Shown here piece after piece: positions 63,601 through 64,000 of a DNA stretch of 64,000 nucleotides (position 1 is the first letter of the stretch; each line of letters opens with the position of its first letter). Where the stretch lies: positions 160,001 to 224,000 of the forward strand of contig CAVPOC010000006.1 of the NCBI GenBank assembly GCA_963706955.1, in the 5' to 3' direction. The position numbers were made by a program, and so were the translations under genes. Source of the stretch: an uncultured Verrucomicrobiae bacterium (GTDB lineage Bacteria > Verrucomicrobiota > Verrucomicrobiia > Chthoniobacterales > Terrimicrobiaceae). Under the pieces are notes generated by a model. It did not search any database. It worked only from the letters and a program-made list of their open reading frames with translations, and was not told where the DNA came from.

Positions 63601-63767
63601 TTCGCCGCCCGCTGGGAATCGCAATCGTTGGCGGCCTGATCGTCTCCCAAGTTCTTACTCTCTTTACCACACCCATAGTCTATCTCGCCTTGGAACGGGT
63701 TCGTAGCTGGTTCCTAAAACGACGCCGCGAAAGTCAGATACCCCATCTGCTAACTGAGCCAGCTTAA
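60671..63767 (+). CDS. mdtC: RND efflux permease MdtC-like (frameshift ~61468)
   Basis: ATG overlaps the mdtB stop. LPVAPLPQVDFP N-terminus; the fragments join as ...VIDST-ENTFQAGWFN... Confidence 0.88.
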
Positions 63768-63893
63768 GAGTCATTTTGTCTGCTCAACACCGCCGGATTG
63801 AGACAGAGTGACTCATATTGTCGCTACACTGAGAGTCGGATCCCGAGCTTATTCCCCTAGTATCAAACACGTTGGGAGATTCTCATTGGTTCA

Positions 63894-63909
63894 TGGAACG
63901 CTCATTGCT
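63894..63909 (+). promoter_or_regulatory. sigma54 (-24/-12) promoter upstream of dnaK
   Basis: TGGAACG-CTCA-TTGCT versus consensus TGGCACG-N4-TTGCW: one mismatch, exact GG/GC spacing. Confidence 0.7.
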
Positions 63910-63935
63910 GACTGATCAGCAGATATCGCGATATT

Positions 63936-64000
63936 ATGGCAAAGATTTTAGGAATTGATTTGGGCACGACCAACTCCTGTATGGCGGTAATGGAGGGAGG
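63936..64000 (+). CDS. dnaK: Molecular chaperone DnaK (5' end only)
   Basis: MAKILGIDLGTTNSCMAVMEG Hsp70 signature. Confidence 0.95.
   Translation, partial: MAKILGIDLGTTNSCMAVMEG

Noticed and set aside
63768..63935. CIRCE element before dnaK
   Set aside because: No TTAGCACTC-N9-GAGTGCTAA match.

Overview
A GC-rich bacterial chromosomal window. Gene content and style suggest Verrucomicrobiota, possibly Chthoniobacterales/Spartobacteria (inference). About a dozen conserved genes carry single-base frameshifts, pointing to an unpolished long-read assembly. From left to right: a partial BNR-repeat protein, nadA, fabD, glycerate kinase and a large MscS channel; a low-density accessory stretch (vanadium haloperoxidase-like enzyme, PAS remnant, core MetE-like enzyme) ending at tRNA-Ser(GCT); thrB-lpxK with a PAP2/ArnT-like/GT2 envelope-modification cluster; an htrA-TPR-[REC-pseudokinase-TM-FGE]-secreted protein operon; a MacAB/FtsX-like ABC exporter; a MATE-KS-CLF operon preceded by a leaderless uORF; RlpA, a CPA2 antiporter, a lipase, DUF4410 and an HDAC; a ~6.9 kb heavily frameshifted gene for a modular glycan-active protein (FlgD-Ig, beta-propeller, clan GH-A barrel, 4 InlB-B-like repeats, a permuted discoidin-like domain, 4 PA14) with structured RNA candidates upstream; xth, a thioredoxin-like protein, DUF2076 and a GTAG-REP doublet; two divergent RND efflux systems around a TetR gene with visible operators; and the 5' end of dnaK with a sigma54-type promoter. 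No CRISPR array, integrase, transposase or reverse transcriptase was seen. All family assignments come from motif recognition by eye; no database search was run.
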